Made by a program: the position numbers and the translations under genes. From contig CAWBAN010000004.1 of the NCBI GenBank assembly GCA_963786935.1, forward strand, positions 307,780 through 371,779: a DNA stretch of 64,000 nucleotides, written 5' to 3'. Origin of the DNA: an uncultured bacterium. GTDB taxonomy: Bacteria; Krumholzibacteriota; Krumholzibacteriia; Krumholzibacteriales; Krumholzibacteriaceae. This document shows positions 9,210 through 18,977 of this stretch, one piece after another; positions within the stretch are counted from its first letter, which is position 1; each line of letters begins with the position of its first letter. Below the pieces are notes generated by a model that searched no databases, was not told where the DNA came from, and worked only from the letters and a program-made list of their open reading frames with translations.

Positions 9210-10238
9210 ATGAAAAAGCAACTCACACGTACGACGATAGTGAACGGTTCTTTGATCGTTCTCTTCGCTCTTCTTCTCATGGGGCCGCTCGCCCGCGCCG
9301 CTTCGGCGCAGGATAACGAGCGCCAGCGGATCCGCGATCGGATCGAGAGCGAACAGGGACTTCAAACGCAGGAACGCGAACAGCTCCGCCGGCATCTCAG
9401 CGAGTGCGAGAAGCTCGGTCTCGACGACGCGGCGGTCGGCACGATCTTCAGCGAGAGCGAACCGCTCCAGCGACAGATCCGGGCGCAGGAACGCGTCCTC
9501 GCCATGGCGCGCGAGGGTCTTCCCATCGATCCGGTGACGCAAAAGCTCCAGGAGGGCCGGCGGAAAGGCGTGAGCGAAGAGGTGCTGGAGAAGGTGTGCG
9601 CGCGCATGGAGGAGGATGTCCGCGCGGCGAATCGCCACATGCAGAAAGCGCGGGAAGCGGGCGTGACGCCGGGGGACCGCGACGCCGAACGCCGCCGCAC
9701 GGCCGATATGGCGAAGCAGATGTTCAACGGTTTTGGAGAGGGCGACATGGATCGACTCCACGAGAGCGCGCGTCTTCGGCTTCGCGACGGCTCGTGCGCG
9801 ACCGAAGATCTTACCGCGGCCGCCGAAACGACCGTCAAGCTGCGCGCGATGGGGATCGAGCGCGAGAGGGCTGCTCGCCTGGCGGGGGAGGCGCTGCAGT
9901 TCGGCTACACGGCCCGTGAGATGCGCCAGTTCAGCTGGATGATTATGACGGCGAAGACGCACGGCGGCCCGCAGAACGCCGTGCTCGAGACAATCGAGCG
10001 CGGCATCCGGAATCAGTATCAGATCAACGAGATGGTCCGTGAAATGTACCAGTACGGCTGGATGGGCCCCGCTGACGAACGCGGCGGACATGGCGGACAG
10101 GATCCGACGGGCGGCGCGGGCGGCCGTCGCGGCGGAGGCGGAACGGACGGCAAGGGCGAAATGGGCGGGCCCGGCGGTTCCGGTGAGCAGACGGGCCAGG
10201 GCGGAACGGGTGGCGGCGGAGGTAACGGGAACGGCTGA
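9210..10238 (+). CDS. Secreted alpha-helical hypothetical protein with Gly-rich tail
   Basis: AGGAGG RBS, signal peptide (ASA-Q), charged helical body, Gly-rich C-terminus. Confidence 0.75.
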   Translation: MKKQLTRTTIVNGSLIVLFALLLMGPLARAASAQDNERQRIRDRIESEQGLQTQEREQLRRHLSECEKLGLDDAAVGTIFSESEPLQRQIRAQERVLAMAREGLPIDPVTQKLQEGRRKGVSEEVLEKVCARMEEDVRAANRHMQKAREAGVTPGDRDAERRRTADMAKQMFNGFGEGDMDRLHESARLRLRDGSCATEDLTAAAETTVKLRAMGIERERAARLAGEALQFGYTAREMRQFSWMIMTAKTHGGPQNAVLETIERGIRNQYQINEMVREMYQYGWMGPADERGGHGGQDPTGGAGGRRGGGGTDGKGEMGGPGGSGEQTGQGGTGGGGGNGNG

Positions 10239-10382
10239 CGGCGAACGCGACATATTCCGGTCGCGGAGGCCGCCGCACCGCGCGTCAACTGTGTGAAGGA
10301 CGCAACTTCAGAGCGACGCAGCAGGCAGGCAGCAGGCAGGGCAGCAAGCGGGCAGCACACTTGAACCTGAGGAGGACACGCT

Positions 10383-10754
10383 ATGCGTAAGATGATCACT
10401 ATCGCAGCAGTCATGCTCGCGATTTTCGTCCTTGCTTCCCCGTCCGTGATGGCGGGCAGCGGCAAAGGCACGGGCGAAGGGAATCACTTCAAGAAATTCT
10501 ACCAGTGGCTCAGGGATGACGACGGGGACGGCATTCCGAATTGCCTCGATCCCGACTACGTGAGGCCCGAAGACGGCGCCGGTTACGGCAAGCTCGGTCC
10601 GAGCTTGAGCGCCGTTCAGGGCGGAGACAGGGATCAGATCAGAGACAGGGATCAGATTCGGGATCGCGATCAGCTCAAGGACGGATCCTGCAATGAAACG
10701 TGCACCGGCAACGTGTATAAGCTGAGCTATAAGTGGGCGGGATCCAAGAAGTAG
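10383..10754 (+). CDS. Small secreted protein with DDDGDGIPNxxDPDY Ca-binding-like motif and DRDQIR repeats
   Basis: GGAGG RBS, signal peptide, TSP3-like DxDGDGIPN motif. Confidence 0.75.
   Translation: MRKMITIAAVMLAIFVLASPSVMAGSGKGTGEGNHFKKFYQWLRDDDGDGIPNCLDPDYVRPEDGAGYGKLGPSLSAVQGGDRDQIRDRDQIRDRDQLKDGSCNETCTGNVYKLSYKWAGSKK
10626..10679 (+). repeat. 3 x 18-bp coding tandem repeat (DRDQIR/DRDQLK)
   Basis: gacagggatcagatcaga gacagggatcagattcgg gatcgcgatcagctcaag. Confidence 0.8.
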
Positions 10755-10795
10755 CTGCTCTCCGCTTCGTTACTCGCCTTGCTGCGCATTGTCGA

Positions 10796-10837
10796 GACGC
10801 CCCCAGGCTCGCGAGCCCGGGGGCGTCCGCATATTTT
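10796..10837 (+). terminator. Probable intrinsic terminator ending the ECF cluster
   Basis: GACGCCCCC...GGGGGCGTC stem followed by atatttt. Confidence 0.55.
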
Positions 10838-11093
10838 CCGAAAGAACAACCCAGGAATCGGCCTTGACACAAAGACCGAATTGCTCCAGTATTGTCCTGG
10901 CGGCTTTTAATAATTTTACATTCGAGTTGAAATGGGTTGAGGCAGGGGCAACGACCGCCGGATCGGCGTCTCGCGGCCCCGGCCATGAGACCGTCCATTG
11001 GAAGAAAGGAGGCAGGCAACGCTCGTTGTGCAGGCCTGATCTCCAGCGAGACCAGGCAGCGTAGGATTCGCTGAACCGGAGGGAGGTCGGAAT

Positions 11094-12533
11094 ATGTGGA
11101 AACGCACGTTATTCGTCATACTCGGTCTCGCGTTCCTCGCGTTCGGCTGCTCGGAGGAGGCGTCGACGCCGCTCGCGCCCGCGGGAGAACAGGGACTCGA
11201 CATCTCGGCGGACGTCCATGCGACGGCATGGGCGATGGTGAATCAGGCCAAATGGCCGGTGGAAGCAACCGAGAGCGAGCTGGCCGAGGCCGGCCTGAAG
11301 GCCGGCGCCCAATCCGTTGTTCCGCTGTGTAATTTCAACCGTGCCGTGATCGCGGGAGACATCGTGCACTACAGCGCCACGATTATCACGGGGCCCGGGA
11401 AATACGACAAGATCGGCATTCACCGCGTGGTTCAGGAGAAGAGTCCTTATCGTCCGATCCGGACGAAGAAGGCGTTCTTCCTGCTGCACGGGGATCTCAA
11501 GCGTTTCGAGACCATGTGGATGCCGGGGCTGTTCTCCTCCAGTCTGCCCGACGACTTCGGTCTCGCCGTATACCTTGCGCGGAACGGCGTCGATGTGTGG
11601 GGTATGGACCAGGCCTGGAACTTCGTGCCGAGAAGTGAGACCGATTTTTCCTTCTTCGCCGACTGGGGCATCCAGAGGGAGGTCGATCATCTCGAGATCG
11701 GGTTGAGCGTCGCGCGTGCCGCGCGGCTCATCACCGGAAACGGCTACGACAAAATGCTGCTTCTCGGCTACAGCAGCGGCTCCGCCACCGGGTACGCTCT
11801 CCTGAATCAGGAGTCGCAATGGCCCGACTGCAAGCGACAGGTGAAGGGATTCGTCGCGGCGGATCTGGGCGTGCGGTCCGACGATCCGGACTGGATCGCG
11901 TCATGGGAAGGCTGGCTGGCCTACTATCAGGGAACCTACGACGCCGGGCAGTATCAGGATCCCATCTGGATATTCCAGGACGTCGCCATGCTGGCGCGGA
12001 CCGAGCCTGACGCCGATTCGCCCTACATCCCAGGATTTACGAACTGGCAATGCGCGCTCTACTACGGGGGCGGACAAATCTTCGGCAATGTCGCCGGTCA
12101 CTATCACGCCCCGGTCCTGCAAGATGGGCTGCCCGTCGATTTCCAGTTCATCACGATCGATCAGTGGCTCGATTTCATCACGGCCACCGGCGCGTACGAG
12201 CCCATTCTCTTCGAGCGGGATTACTCGGTCATGGTTGCAGGGCTGCCCAGCCCTTACGTCGAGCACCTCGGGGATATCACGGTGCCCGTGTTCGACCTCG
12301 GCGGGGCGGGAGGGGTTGCGCCGTACACGGCGGCGACCCGATCCTATCTCGGGAGCAGTGATATAACGTATCTCTATGTCACGGTGGGTGCGCCCGACCC
12401 CACCCTCGATTTCGGCCACATAGACCTATTCACCGGCCGGAACGCGCCCGAGCTGGTGTGGCAGCCGATACTGCAGTGGATAGAGGACCATTCGACAACG
12501 CACAAGAACGGTGGGGATCTGGCGAAAGAGTGA
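11094..12533 (+). CDS. Alpha/beta-hydrolase fold lipoprotein
   Basis: Lipobox AFGC; LLHG oxyanion loop, GVDVWGMD, nucleophile GYSSG, catalytic GHIDL. Confidence 0.8.
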   Translation: MWKRTLFVILGLAFLAFGCSEEASTPLAPAGEQGLDISADVHATAWAMVNQAKWPVEATESELAEAGLKAGAQSVVPLCNFNRAVIAGDIVHYSATIITGPGKYDKIGIHRVVQEKSPYRPIRTKKAFFLLHGDLKRFETMWMPGLFSSSLPDDFGLAVYLARNGVDVWGMDQAWNFVPRSETDFSFFADWGIQREVDHLEIGLSVARAARLITGNGYDKMLLLGYSSGSATGYALLNQESQWPDCKRQVKGFVAADLGVRSDDPDWIASWEGWLAYYQGTYDAGQYQDPIWIFQDVAMLARTEPDADSPYIPGFTNWQCALYYGGGQIFGNVAGHYHAPVLQDGLPVDFQFITIDQWLDFITATGAYEPILFERDYSVMVAGLPSPYVEHLGDITVPVFDLGGAGGVAPYTAATRSYLGSSDITYLYVTVGAPDPTLDFGHIDLFTGRNAPELVWQPILQWIEDHSTTHKNGGDLAKE

Positions 12534-12582
12534 GAGTCGCAGGTTCGGTTACGGAACCGAACGTGCGGTGCGCTGTAACTCG

Positions 12583-12616
12583 GGGCTCCGCGGCATGCCC
12601 GCGGGGCCCTTGTCTT
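12583..12616 (+). terminator. Probable intrinsic terminator
   Basis: GGGCTCCGCGG...CCGCGGGGCCC followed by ttgtctt. Confidence 0.5.
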
Positions 12617-12676
12617 CTCCGAGGATCAGTGTTCAAATGCGGGACGGCGACCGCCAAAAGGCTCGAAGCCTCGCGG

Positions 12677-14680
12677 CTATTCTTCTCTCTCCTCGGATGC
12701 TTCGATCGAGTCGTCGGGCGCGCGTTTGCTCTCTTCGAGCAGCAGGCGGGCGGGGCCCTTCAGCCGGATATCGGGGATGAGCGTATCCAAATCCTCCTGG
12801 CCGATCATTTCCCGTTTCAGCATTTTGCGGGACACGTCGCCGTAGTAGGCTTTCACCCATGGACGAAGTTGCCCATTCTCGTCGAATGAATACATGAAAC
12901 GGTTGGGCCGCGGGATGATGCTCGCCATGAAGATCGCCTCGGCCAGGGTCAGATCCGCGACGTCCTTGTCGAAATAGAAACGCGCCGCTTCCTGCGCGCC
13001 GTGAATCCCCGGCCCCCATTCGATGATGTTCAGATAGATCTCGTACATGCGTTCCTTGGCGATCAGACGGTTCTCTTCGATCAGCCAGGTGATGATCATT
13101 TCCTCCAGCTTGCGGGCGACGGTCTTCTGTCTCGTGAGGTACAGGTTCTTGACCAGCTGCATGGAAATGGTGCTGGCCCCCCGGACGAAACGTCTCTCCT
13201 TCAGGTCGACGGCGATGGATCTCTTGAAGTGCTCGAGCAGGAAGCCTCGATGAGCGAAAAACGCGCCGTCCTCGGAAATCAGGACGGCGTTCCTGAGGAA
13301 CGGGGAGATCCGGTCGAGGGCGCGGAAATTCGGATTCTCGGGCCCGACCATGAAGGATCTCAGCGCCTGGCCCCGCTCGTACACCGTGTGAAGAAAAGGC
13401 TCGTTGACGGCCCTGAAATCGACGCGGCCGAACCGCTCGATTCTGAAATCGCGCTTCTCGATCTCCGATTCGAGGCGGAGCGAATCGGGGCGCGCGAAAT
13501 CGACGAAGAAGCTCAACCGGTACGCGAGCTCCCCGCTCGTGCGGATGCCGGCGAGCCCGGTGAACAGCCCCGCCGGGAGCGAGCTGAAGAGATCGTCCGC
13601 CTTGAATCCGGTCCTGTCGATCTCCAGCGTCAATTGTCGCTCGGGCCTGATCCTGAGCTTGAGGTACGGATGAAATGAAAGCCCGTTGAACGAAACCCGC
13701 GTCAGCCTGTCGACCTCGAAATAATCGGTGCCGATACGCACGGCATAGTCGACGGCGGCGTTCCGCAGGTATACGTCTTCCGCGGCGACGCGCGGGTGGT
13801 TGAGCGTCAGGCCGCCGATCGCCAGCCGCCCGTCGAGATGCAGCGCGCGGCCGCGGATGCCGCCGCTTTCGAGGCGGACGGCGAGGGAATCGAAGCTGAC
13901 CCGAACGTCCCATTGCCGGTCGATGAACGGCACGGTGATTCTTTCCCCGGGCCGCAGGGGTGACAGGCTGAACGCCGCCAGCTTCCTTTTTCGGTCGATG
14001 TTTCCCGCGAAACGGCAGGCCCGCTTCTTTCCCTGATCATCGACCTCGATGGCGGTTTCGAAGTCGGAAGCGTTGACGGCCAGCCGGGCGATCCCGAAGG
14101 TCTGTCTGACCCGATCGATATCGGAATTAACCGTGAGGCGGTTTATTTCCAGGCTGTCCGGAACACGCCTGAAAAACAGATCGATGAGGTACCCCGCCTG
14201 AGCGGAATACGCGCGCGGCCGGCCCCCGCGCCGAATCGGCTTCGTTCCGGCGGCGCGCCGGGCGGACTCGCGATCCGGCATGCTGTCTTGGCGAAGATCG
14301 ATCGTGAGATCGTTCATCTCGACGCGCGTGGGCCGCACCTGAGCGATGAGCATCTTCCCGATGGAGACCTTGACGCGACATGAGCGCAGGTCGACGGAGA
14401 GGATTCCGTTCGGGGACCATATGCGGACGTCATCGAAAATAACGCGGTCGAGTCCGCTGAACTTCGCCGAGCCTATGCTGACGACGGTCCCCTCGTGCCT
14501 GCGCTGATAGGCTTGGATCTTACGATCCAGCGCGCTTTCCAGAATGATGTTGCGCAACACAAAAAGCGCCGCGCACAGGACGAGCGCCGCGCCCAGCACG
14601 AGCAGCGCGCCGATCTTCAGCGCTCTTCGTGCTCGCGGGCCGGCGACGTTTCCCCTGACCTGTTTGAGCCTATCGATCAA
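12677..14680 (-). CDS. Peptidoglycan transglycosylase (GT51) domain protein with no transpeptidase domain
   Basis: SEDGAFFAHRG, GASTISMQLVKN, RKLEE and YLNIIEWG motifs; N-terminal TM anchor. Confidence 0.88.
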   Translation of the reverse strand: MIDRLKQVRGNVAGPRARRALKIGALLVLGAALVLCAALFVLRNIILESALDRKIQAYQRRHEGTVVSIGSAKFSGLDRVIFDDVRIWSPNGILSVDLRSCRVKVSIGKMLIAQVRPTRVEMNDLTIDLRQDSMPDRESARRAAGTKPIRRGGRPRAYSAQAGYLIDLFFRRVPDSLEINRLTVNSDIDRVRQTFGIARLAVNASDFETAIEVDDQGKKRACRFAGNIDRKRKLAAFSLSPLRPGERITVPFIDRQWDVRVSFDSLAVRLESGGIRGRALHLDGRLAIGGLTLNHPRVAAEDVYLRNAAVDYAVRIGTDYFEVDRLTRVSFNGLSFHPYLKLRIRPERQLTLEIDRTGFKADDLFSSLPAGLFTGLAGIRTSGELAYRLSFFVDFARPDSLRLESEIEKRDFRIERFGRVDFRAVNEPFLHTVYERGQALRSFMVGPENPNFRALDRISPFLRNAVLISEDGAFFAHRGFLLEHFKRSIAVDLKERRFVRGASTISMQLVKNLYLTRQKTVARKLEEMIITWLIEENRLIAKERMYEIYLNIIEWGPGIHGAQEAARFYFDKDVADLTLAEAIFMASIIPRPNRFMYSFDENGQLRPWVKAYYGDVSRKMLKREMIGQEDLDTLIPDIRLKGPARLLLEESKRAPDDSIEASEEREE

Positions 14681-14864
14681 ACTCGGAATCGTTCGACCTC
14701 CCCAAATACGAAATGAAAACGGATTCTATCATATTCCATCACGGGTTTCACGCCCGACTAAAAGACAGGTCTTGCTCGAAGGAGAAAACGCGTGATAAAG
14801 TGAGCGCGTAGGCGACGGCAGGGCACTTGTTGCCCGCCGGGATCGCGCCGGCAAGGAGCTCGAA

Positions 14865-15632
14865 ATGTCCCCCTTCAGAAAAGCGCGTCCGATAATTCTC
14901 GCGATGGCGATGCTCGGCGTGGTCGCCACGAGCGGGGCCGCCAACGTGTCGTGCGACGCGAACGCCGCGGACTCGACGTCCGTTTCCGCCGCGCCCCGGC
15001 CGGCCGCGGCGTCGCCCGGCACGCGCACGCTCTACCTTATCCGCCACGGTCTCTATGACGAGGACGATCCGCGCGACGAGGACGTCGGCAAGGGCCTGAC
15101 CGAGGCCGGGCGCGCGCAGGCGCAGCTCGTGGGCGCGCGGCTGGCCGCTCTGGGCGTCCCGTTCGACACCCTTTGGGCGAGCCCCTTCACGCGCGCGCGG
15201 GAAACGGCTGCCATCGTCGCCCAGTCGCTTTCCGGCTTGACGCCCCGCATCGCGCCCGAGCTGGCGGAGTGCACGCCGACCACGCGGCGGAAGGATATCA
15301 TGGCTGACGTGGCGCCGGGCGAGGCCGAGGCGTGCGTCGCGCAGCTGGAGCGGGCGTTCGCGCGCTTTTTCGTTCCTTCGCCCGCCGGGGAACGGCACGA
15401 GCTGCTCGTCTGCCACGGCAATGTGATCCGCTGGCTGTGGTGCCGCGCCCTGGGCGTCGAAACGGCCGCGTGGCTGGGAATGGCGATCGCCAACTGCAGC
15501 ATCACCGTGATCCAGGTGAAGCCCGACGGCGCCTGCAAGCTGTACGTCTTCGGCGACGCCGCCCACCTGCCGGCCGAATTGCAGACCTACCCGGGCGGCA
15601 CATCCGCCCCCTGGCGGCCATCGGCGCGATAA
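14865..15632 (+). CDS. Histidine phosphatase family protein (PGAM5-like) with signal peptide
   Basis: LIRHG, SPFTRARET, VCHGNVIR and NCSIT motifs. Confidence 0.88.
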   Translation: MSPFRKARPIILAMAMLGVVATSGAANVSCDANAADSTSVSAAPRPAAASPGTRTLYLIRHGLYDEDDPRDEDVGKGLTEAGRAQAQLVGARLAALGVPFDTLWASPFTRARETAAIVAQSLSGLTPRIAPELAECTPTTRRKDIMADVAPGEAEACVAQLERAFARFFVPSPAGERHELLVCHGNVIRWLWCRALGVETAAWLGMAIANCSITVIQVKPDGACKLYVFGDAAHLPAELQTYPGGTSAPWRPSAR

Positions 15633-15698
15633 GGTCGCGCGATCGCGACGGGGCGGTCGTTTCAAGATGAATGATCGGTCGGTTCGTGCGGCGGGAGC

Positions 15699-18600
15699 CT
15701 ACTTGAGGTAAATGATCTTTCTCGTCTGATCGAAATCGCCCGCGACGAGCCTTATGAAGTAAACGCCGGAGGCTGCTCCGCGCGACGAATCGTCCTCGCC
15801 GTTCCAGATTATCTTGTGGCTGCCGGCCGCCTTGTCGGCATTTTCGAGCGTCCGCACGAGCCGGCCCGCCGTGTCGTATATCTTCACGGTGACATGCGCC
15901 GCCGCCGCCAATGAATAGGTGACGGTCGTCGTGCCGTTGAACGGATTGGGGAAGTTCTGGCCCAGAGCATTCACCGGCGGAGGCGTTTCCTGTGTGCCGG
16001 TCGTGGTCCCCTCGATGCACGCCCCGTCCTCGTTGGAATATCCGCCCGCGTACCCCGCGTTGTCGACGATGTTGACGCGGTAGTAGCGGCAGCCGGACAC
16101 GGGGCTGTGCACGAAGGTTTGGCTCGATGCCTCGACGATTCCCACGAAGTTGGATATGTCGGGCACGAATCCCTCGGCGGTATCCGAGTATACCGCGTAG
16201 TAATCGAATTCGCCCGCAAACCTGTCTTCCCAGATGAGGGCTATCGAGGAGTCGCCCAACGCCGCGGCGGAAAGGCCCCGAACGTATTCCGGCGCCGCGG
16301 TCGCCGCTCCCGGCCCGCCGAAAGCGCCGACATCGGATCCGGAGCCGTCGGTATCGACGATCGATGGATCGCCGGTATCGATGCCGCCGGAATGCAAAGC
16401 GAGCTGGTAATCGCAGGCGGCCGTGTCTGCGTAATGGGGGCTCCTGCTGAAGTTCGTCGAATCGGGGACGAGCTCGACGACATCGCCGGCCAGGTTGCCG
16501 AAGCAATCGTTGAACCGGAAGGCGATATTGTCGGCGGGCACGGAGTGGAAGCCGCTCGGAGTGCCGTGCGTGATCAGGTTATTCGTCACGACACAGGAAA
16601 CCGCGCGCGATAGAAAGACGTTTCCCCCAGCATAAAGGCCGCTGTTCCGGTCGAATGTGTTGTTCGTCCACTCGCCCCAGCAGCTGTCCGCGTAGATGCC
16701 GCCCGCGACGGCTCCCGCATCGTTCAGGGCGAGGATGGAGTTCTCCATGCCGAACACCGCTGCTTTGTGGCAGATCCCGCCTCCCATGGACGCCGCGTAG
16801 TTATGGAGCACTACGGCATGTTCGATCGATAGGGGGGAGCGTTCGCTGAAGATTCCGCCTCCGTTCATGAGACATGTATTGGACAGGATCGAATCGCCAT
16901 CGGCCGAAAGGGTGGACAGCACGGCGCAGACGCCTCCGCCGTTGCCGTAACCCGAGCAGGAATCGATGACGTTGCCCGACATCGTCACGGCCGAATGGAG
17001 GGCAAATATCCCGCCGCCGTTCTTGGTCCCCGAGAATTCGGGATTCGGCATCGATCCGGATATCGAGTTGCCCGTGATATCGGCGTCGGCCAGGTACAGG
17101 TAGATGCCGCCGCCGGTCTGGGCGCGGCATCCGGATATCGTGTTGCCGGTGATGGTGACCGAACCGTTGTAGCAGGCGATGGCGCCGCCTGCGCTGAACT
17201 GCGTCGCGTCCGTATATCCGCAATCGGTGAAAACGTTGTCCTTGATGAGAGCGTCGGAGTCATAGGTCAGAATTCCGCCGCCGTATATCCCGTTCATCGG
17301 AATAATCGCGAACGTGCCGGTGCCGCCGAGGATCACGAATCCCTCGATGCCCGGCATTCCGGAGGCGATCGTCACGAACGAGACCGGACTCCCGAAATGG
17401 GATATGGTCGTCGTCAGCGCTTCGGGATCTCGGGCGGTGAAGGTCGTGTTCCATCCTCCCATCAGATGGACGGCGTTGTGGATCTCCACCGCCTCGGCGT
17501 ACGTACCTTCGGAGACCATGATCGAGTCGCCCGGAGCCGCCGCGTCGACGGCGTCCTGTATGGACAGCGCGGCCCAGGAGGGCGTCGAGTACGGATAGAT
17601 ATTGCCGCCGGTGGTCGATACGTAGCGGTACGGCTTCCCCGAAATGGTGAAGTCGCCGTCGCTCTCGTCGTATCCGCCGATCTCGCCGCCGTGCCAGGCG
17701 AGCACTCTTATCCTCGCGGTCGTGACGGGAAGATCGGCGACCTCCCAGGTATAGGAGCTGACGCCAATGAGACCCCGTGCGATTGTGTATTCGTAGCTGT
17801 CCCCGCCGTCGAGGCTCAGAAGGATGCTGACCGAATCCGGGGTGACGCGGCTCGTCGTCCAGACGAGCGGGTATTCCTCGCCGGCCTCGAGCTCTTCGCC
17901 GCCGTTGGGATCGTCGACGCGAACATAGACGGTGCTCGGAATATAGGAGATCTGCATCGTTCCCCATCCGATGTTGTTGGTCCCGTACTGGATATACGCG
18001 AATCCGTCCATTCCCCATCCCACACCCCAGCTGTTCTTGACGATCCATGCCCCGTCCCCGCCGCACTTCGTGTCGTCCCATCCCACGATCAGCATGGCAT
18101 GATAGCCCACGACGGGCTGCTGCTCGCTGAAGCATCCGGCTTGGTAATCGTAGAATCTGTCCGTGACGTCGTACGTGGTGTATACGGGGCCGGTGAGCAG
18201 GGCTTGCTTGATCGAGTTGACGTCGTTGGCGACCTCCGCATAGCTTGCGATCCACGCCACCGGTTCACATTCTTCTTGTGTGCACGCATCGTTGTCGAGG
18301 TCTTCATAAGGGATACATGATTCGCGAACCTGGCCGTACGTTTGCATCACGGCGTATGCCGCATAGGAGGTGCCTCCGCCGCAGCCGGAACCATACGGAT
18401 TGCAGAAGAGCGTCTGTGCCTCCGATAGATCCTCGATCCTGTCGTCGAATATCCGGATGTGGGATTCGAGCTGGCCGACGCTGGCGAAGGCCCAGCACGA
18501 ACCGCAACCTCTCTGGTCCTTGGCCGGTGTTGTTCCTCCGTGCGCGCGCCAGTCGAACACGGGTTCATACGTCGCGCCCGCCGGCGCCTGTATGATCGGG

Positions 18601-18860
18601 AGGTCTCTAGCTGCGCCGGGCTGCATCCGAATCGCTCCGCACAGGGCTCGTTTTTCGGCCGCCGTAAGATTGGAAACGGATGTGGTGCCGGCCGTCCAAT
18701 GCAGCCCCTTCTCCCGAATTTCCCGGTTGATCTTTTCTATTCTCGAGCGCTCCGCGTCATCGGGCGTGCCGGCGAAGGCGCGCGCGGGAAGGAGTGCGAG
18801 AACGAGAACGATCGTTGATAGGCAGGCTGCGACGCAGCGCGAGGACTTCTTGTTCGCCAT
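15699..18860 (-). CDS. Secreted C1A (papain-family) cysteine protease with parallel beta-helix region and FlgD-Ig/T9SS-like C-terminal domain
   Basis: QRGCGSCWAF, YHAM and KNSWG catalytic motifs; GGGI repeats; QNFPNPFN...IYDTAGRLVRTL...SGVYF tail. Confidence 0.9.
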   Translation of the reverse strand: MANKKSSRCVAACLSTIVLVLALLPARAFAGTPDDAERSRIEKINREIREKGLHWTAGTTSVSNLTAAEKRALCGAIRMQPGAARDLPIIQAPAGATYEPVFDWRAHGGTTPAKDQRGCGSCWAFASVGQLESHIRIFDDRIEDLSEAQTLFCNPYGSGCGGGTSYAAYAVMQTYGQVRESCIPYEDLDNDACTQEECEPVAWIASYAEVANDVNSIKQALLTGPVYTTYDVTDRFYDYQAGCFSEQQPVVGYHAMLIVGWDDTKCGGDGAWIVKNSWGVGWGMDGFAYIQYGTNNIGWGTMQISYIPSTVYVRVDDPNGGEELEAGEEYPLVWTTSRVTPDSVSILLSLDGGDSYEYTIARGLIGVSSYTWEVADLPVTTARIRVLAWHGGEIGGYDESDGDFTISGKPYRYVSTTGGNIYPYSTPSWAALSIQDAVDAAAPGDSIMVSEGTYAEAVEIHNAVHLMGGWNTTFTARDPEALTTTISHFGSPVSFVTIASGMPGIEGFVILGGTGTFAIIPMNGIYGGGILTYDSDALIKDNVFTDCGYTDATQFSAGGAIACYNGSVTITGNTISGCRAQTGGGIYLYLADADITGNSISGSMPNPEFSGTKNGGGIFALHSAVTMSGNVIDSCSGYGNGGGVCAVLSTLSADGDSILSNTCLMNGGGIFSERSPLSIEHAVVLHNYAASMGGGICHKAAVFGMENSILALNDAGAVAGGIYADSCWGEWTNNTFDRNSGLYAGGNVFLSRAVSCVVTNNLITHGTPSGFHSVPADNIAFRFNDCFGNLAGDVVELVPDSTNFSRSPHYADTAACDYQLALHSGGIDTGDPSIVDTDGSGSDVGAFGGPGAATAAPEYVRGLSAAALGDSSIALIWEDRFAGEFDYYAVYSDTAEGFVPDISNFVGIVEASSQTFVHSPVSGCRYYRVNIVDNAGYAGGYSNEDGACIEGTTTGTQETPPPVNALGQNFPNPFNGTTTVTYSLAAAAHVTVKIYDTAGRLVRTLENADKAAGSHKIIWNGEDDSSRGAASGVYFIRLVAGDFDQTRKIIYLK

Positions 18861-18977
18861 GAAAAGGATCTTCCTTGCAAAAGAGTTGCAACGAGTATAG
18901 CACAACGGCGCTCCTCCGGCAATTGCCGCAAACCGATTTCAGGGTTATAATTGATGTATCGGAGGAGGTGATCAGCA

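Noticed and set aside
12574..12600. Third ECF promoter (TGTAAC)
   Set aside because: No CGTC box at 16-nt spacing, and it lies among terminator hairpins between convergent genes
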